Below are positions 60,385 to 64,000 of a stretch of 64,000 bases of DNA, piece after piece. Every line of letters starts with the position of its first letter. Within the stretch, counting starts at the first letter, position 1. The translations under genes and the position numbers were made by a program. Origin of the DNA: Selaginella moellendorffii (lineage: Eukaryota > Plantae > Lycopodiophyta); contig NW_003314390.1 of the NCBI RefSeq assembly GCF_000143415.4, forward strand, positions 24,973 through 88,972, read 5' to 3'. The notes under the pieces were generated by a model. The model was not told the origin of the DNA, did no database searches, and saw nothing but the letters and a program-made list of their open reading frames with translations.

Positions 60385-60694
60385 CTGCATGTACACCAGA
60401 CAATGAGCAAATTGATAGGAGACCAAGATATCAGGAAAGAGAATTGAAAAACATGTATCACATAAAATATATAATCACGTATGCAGGATCACGAAGAATA
60501 TTTATGTTGTCACCTTGATAAACATAATAGAAATTATAACAAAACACAAGTGTTAAAAGTAAACTTGAGTAAAAGAGGCAACAACACTGATCGTTTAAAA
60601 GAGATGCGGGGTAAAATTCTTAAAAATAAAGAAAACTATGATTCGATCTACACCGTCCCTTTACACGCATAGACAACGGCTTAGATTTGGAGTT

Positions 60695-61989
60695 CTAGAC
60701 GAGAGCAATGCTGCTCTCTCCACCCGGTGGCTTTCTGATGCCACCAACGCAGTCGCGAGGAGCGGGCTTGTCGTCGGCAAAGATGTCACTTCCACTCATC
60801 TCTCGGAGCTTGGCAACGCTGACGGGCTTCTCGGCGGACGCGGGAGGGTCGCCTTTGAAGATGTTGTTGCCGCTGAGCTCAGCCATTTTCTGGTCGTGAA
60901 CTTTCCTAGCCGCAACTTCGGACGTCTCCGAGCCAAACAGGATCTGGCTTCGCCCACCAGCGGGCTGAGAAACAACAAACTTTCAATCGAGAAAAAGATC
61001 GAGCAAACCCACTCACATTCGAGACTTTGACAGACGTGCGCACGTTTCGAGGGGCCGCCTCCGCCGGCTTCACTTCCTTCGGCTCTTCCCTTGCTTCCAA
61101 ATTCCTGTTGAGCGATCTCGGGGGTAGCACGGGCGGAGGGCCGAAGATGTTGCTGCCAACGAGCTCTTTTGCTTTGAAACTGGAGCGCGAGCGCCCCTGC
61201 TGGATGTCTGCATACGTCTCGGACGTGCCACTCAGCTCTTTCTGCTTGGCAACTTCGTGAATCGCCGTTAGTTTCTTCGGAGAGGCGCACTCCTCCACAG
61301 CAAAGTTGATTTGGCTTACACCGCCAGCCGGCTGCAAAAGTGGGCCAAAGCTAGAAAGAAAAAAAAAGCACTATAAAAGTTTCACCTGGTGCATACGAAC
61401 GCCCGTTCGCTCTGGAACACCGTTGGCGGAGTCGGTCCCATCAGTCAGAATCCCACTCCCAAACATTTCTTTCCTCTTGGTGTCAGAACCAGGTCGCCTT
61501 CTCGAGACAAAAGTTTTTAGCTATGAGGATTCTTGCTTTCCAGTTCTCTTCGCTGTAAAGAAGAGAGAAAGACAAAGAAGAAAAGGCCATACATACCTCT
61601 TGAGGAGTGCCTCGGCCTCTTCAGCAGTTATCTGGTCTCCAAACTTTAGTGTGCTCACCCCTCCAGCAGGCTGGAATCTCAGTAAAGAAAAAAGAACATG
61701 AGAAGAGCTTCACTCCATTCACTATTCCATTGTAAACACATCTATCTATCTCACGAAATAAATGGAAGCAAAGCGAGAAAAACTCTACCTGATGCATGCG
61801 AATCGTTGGACGCCCCACTGGACTCCCATTCTCGGTAGCGGCATTTCTCTCGTAATACGATGGCGATCTTGGAGCGGCAGCTTGATCCTGGGACAAATCC
61901 GGGCCCTCGGACCAGCTGAAGAGATCGAAAGTGGTAGCGCCTCCTGGCGGCATTTGCCCTCTCTTGACGGGACTGTTCTCCATCGCCAT
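60695..61989 (-). CDS. DUF4057 (HN1-like) plant protein, multi-exon
   Basis: TFDLFSW, PAGGVSQINF, EVAKQKELSG, KLREMSGSDIFAD..GGIRKPPGGESSIALV. Confidence 0.88.
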
Positions 61990-62231
61990 TCCTCTGGCAA
62001 GAGAAGAGAGCAAGAAACGAGAGCTGAGAGAAGGCCTACATTCTTTGAAACAACGCGCATTACCTTGCTCAGATCCAGCAAGAACCAGGAACTCCAATGC
62101 CAGATCCCGCGGAAGTCGCTGTTATTCTCGGGTGGCCGGCGCCATCGATCGAGCGAGCGTCGTGGTGCCCTGGCGCAACCCTCGGAAAAATGTGAAGAGG
62201 AAGAATTTTATTATTTTCAAAACCCTCCTAG

Positions 62232-62348
62232 GAATATCCTATTCCACGTCATCAATAGAATATCCATGAACAGCGGAAGGATATTCTACAGCATAGTTAG
62301 CGGAATATCCTGGTCAACAGAATATGGCTACTTATAGACAGAATATTC
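62232..62348. promoter_or_regulatory. Five GNATATNC (P1BS-like) motifs upstream of the DUF4057 gene
   Basis: Matches at 62232, 62258, 62279, 62303 and 62341. Confidence 0.72.
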
Positions 62349-62370
62349 TTAAAGTTGATTGATTTTGTGC

Positions 62371-63708
62371 CTAGCTGAGGAGAAGCACGCCGCCATGGAT
62401 CCACGCCACGGCCGAGAAACTAATGAGACCAGCCAAGAGCGTCACGAGAATGCTCAAGCAAGCGTACGCATAGCCACACCTCTTCCATCCCACTGCGCGA
62501 CGCTCCAGCCAGTAAATCTCCGCTGCGAGCGTCGACACCGTGCTCATGCACCCCAGCATTCCAAATTGGATCCCTCCAGACACTAGCAGCAGCTGGTGAT
62601 TCGATACCTGTGAGAGACAGAGCTCTCGGCTAGAAACTCGAAACGATCGAGAAACTCTGGAAGAACTTACCACCCCGAGGAGCTCCAGGATGTTGAGGAC
62701 GAACTCGGCCAAGGAGGCAGTGACGTTGGCACACAGAGTCCCCGTTGGAAGCCAGCAGAGCCTTCCAGCGACGCCCCGGCCATTGAGATTGGAGAGCCAC
62801 CAGCGGAGCCACACTCCCAGAGGAGCGAGCGTGCAAGCGATCCATAGCTTCTTCCTCCTGTAGTCGTTCTCGCGAAACAGCAGGAAGAAAGCCATCGTCC
62901 AGAGGCCAATGCTGAGGAACACAAAGAGGAGGAGCTGCGTCGTGTGCCTCCAGTAGAGCTTCTTCGGCTTCTTCGACTTTGAGGCTTCGGTGGTGGCATC
63001 ATCCAGCTTGCATGCCAGGAGCAAGTTTGCGGAATCAATGCCGATGAGCAGAGACATCATAGCCAGCTCCATTCCTAGAAATTCTTTGGAGTTAGCTGAA
63101 GAACTCAACCGACTTACCCAGGAGAAAGCCCAACAATCCTCTCACCCAGCAGCCGGCGGTGATGATCCTCACCATGCTTTGCGACCACGACGCAAACGTG
63201 GTGATGCTTCCCATCAAACCGGTAGAAAGTCCCACCGCTAAGTGCTCGGAGAAGTGTGCTATCTCTTTCTTGAGCACAACTCCCACCCAGCCCATGAAGA
63301 AACATCCGAGCTAAAGAAGGAAAACAAAAGCCACCATAAGAACTCGAAAGAGAAAAGGGAAGATCTTTGGGTACCATATTGGCTGGAAGATCGATGAACA
63401 AAGCACTGCTTGTATCCGTAACTTGAGCTATGGTCGGGCCAAAGAGCTGCTCCAGTCCATACCTCAAGAGCACCTAGAAGCGCCACTCGCATTCTCAGTT
63501 CTTCTGGAGCAACGAAAGAAATCGCCAAAACTTACTCCAAGAATCCCAAATGTTGCCAGGTGGGCGAGCACCGACACCTGATCTAGCAGCACACACACCT
63601 CCCGATCCTGTCTAGACAAGCTTTAGCAACCTGCATTGCGATCCCGAGCGCAAGACGCACCTCTGCGAAGGCGTCCGCAGCCGCCATCTTCTCCACATCC
63701 TCCTCCAT
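62371..63708 (-). CDS. FEX: Fluoride export protein (two CrcB/Fluc domains)
   Basis: LATFGILGVLLRY, DLPANM, GLSTGLMGSITTFASW, APLGVWLRWWL, PTGTLCAN, FGMLGCMSTVSTLAAE. Confidence 0.93.
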
Positions 63709-64000
63709 CGCGTGGATGGACTCAAGAGCCCTAAACTAAAAATGGAATCCGATCCAATCCGATCCAAGCAGATCAAGTCGAGCGAGCGAGCGATGCGAGC
63801 GAGAGATGGCGTTGGCGTGATGTGATGGAAGTGGCCAATCACGATCAAGTGTGGCTGTAGCGTGTGCGCGACGGTGGGAAGAGAATCAACAGATCGGGCC
63901 CGGGAATTCGATCAAAAGAGGAACGTTCAAGGGAAGATCCAGCACAGCTTAGTCGCGATTCCTTTTTCTTTTCCCTTTCCATGTCAAGCAAGCACCGAGC

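Noticed and set aside
1-64000. CRISPR arrays, rRNA/tRNA genes, prokaryotic operons
   Set aside because: None seen; the sequence is intron-containing plant nuclear DNA.

Overview
Eukaryotic land-plant nuclear DNA, most consistent with a lycophyte such as Selaginella. This is an inference from ~50-60 bp introns, intergenic spacers often under 150 bp, many PLS/SS-type PPR genes and AT-rich decayed repeat blocks. 1-21 kb is an accessory zone of pseudogene debris (F-box, WDR82, lectin S-receptor kinase, PD-(D/E)XK nuclease-like, PPR). It also holds a small internally deleted Copia element with non-canonical TA..TA LTRs and two copies of one Gypsy family: one heavily AT-mutated, one recent with a -1 frameshift pseudoknot. 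21-48 kb is a dense gene block: WDR82, FKBP62/ROF1-like, cyclin L1, PPR, two divergent G-type lectin RLKs, CCDC97, NdhL, ISCA2-like, two LNK-like genes, a PPR across an N gap, an Ile-rich secreted protein and a two-domain phytocyanin. 48.5-53 kb is AT-rich relic DNA. 53-64 kb holds DCI1, then an island bracketed by duplicated DUF4057 3' ends that carries an intact Crinkler/RHS-like coiled-coil + P-loop NTPase + PD-(D/E)XK nuclease gene, an orphan SAM-like exon and an ADP/ATP-carrier fragment, then DUF4057 and FEX. Best leads: the Crinkler-like NTPase-nuclease locus with a phase-compatible alternative header exon, GNATATNC (P1BS-like) clusters at many unrelated promoters, directional GC->AT erosion of one Gypsy copy, and the Ile/Val-rich secreted protein. 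All calls are by eye; no database searches were run.
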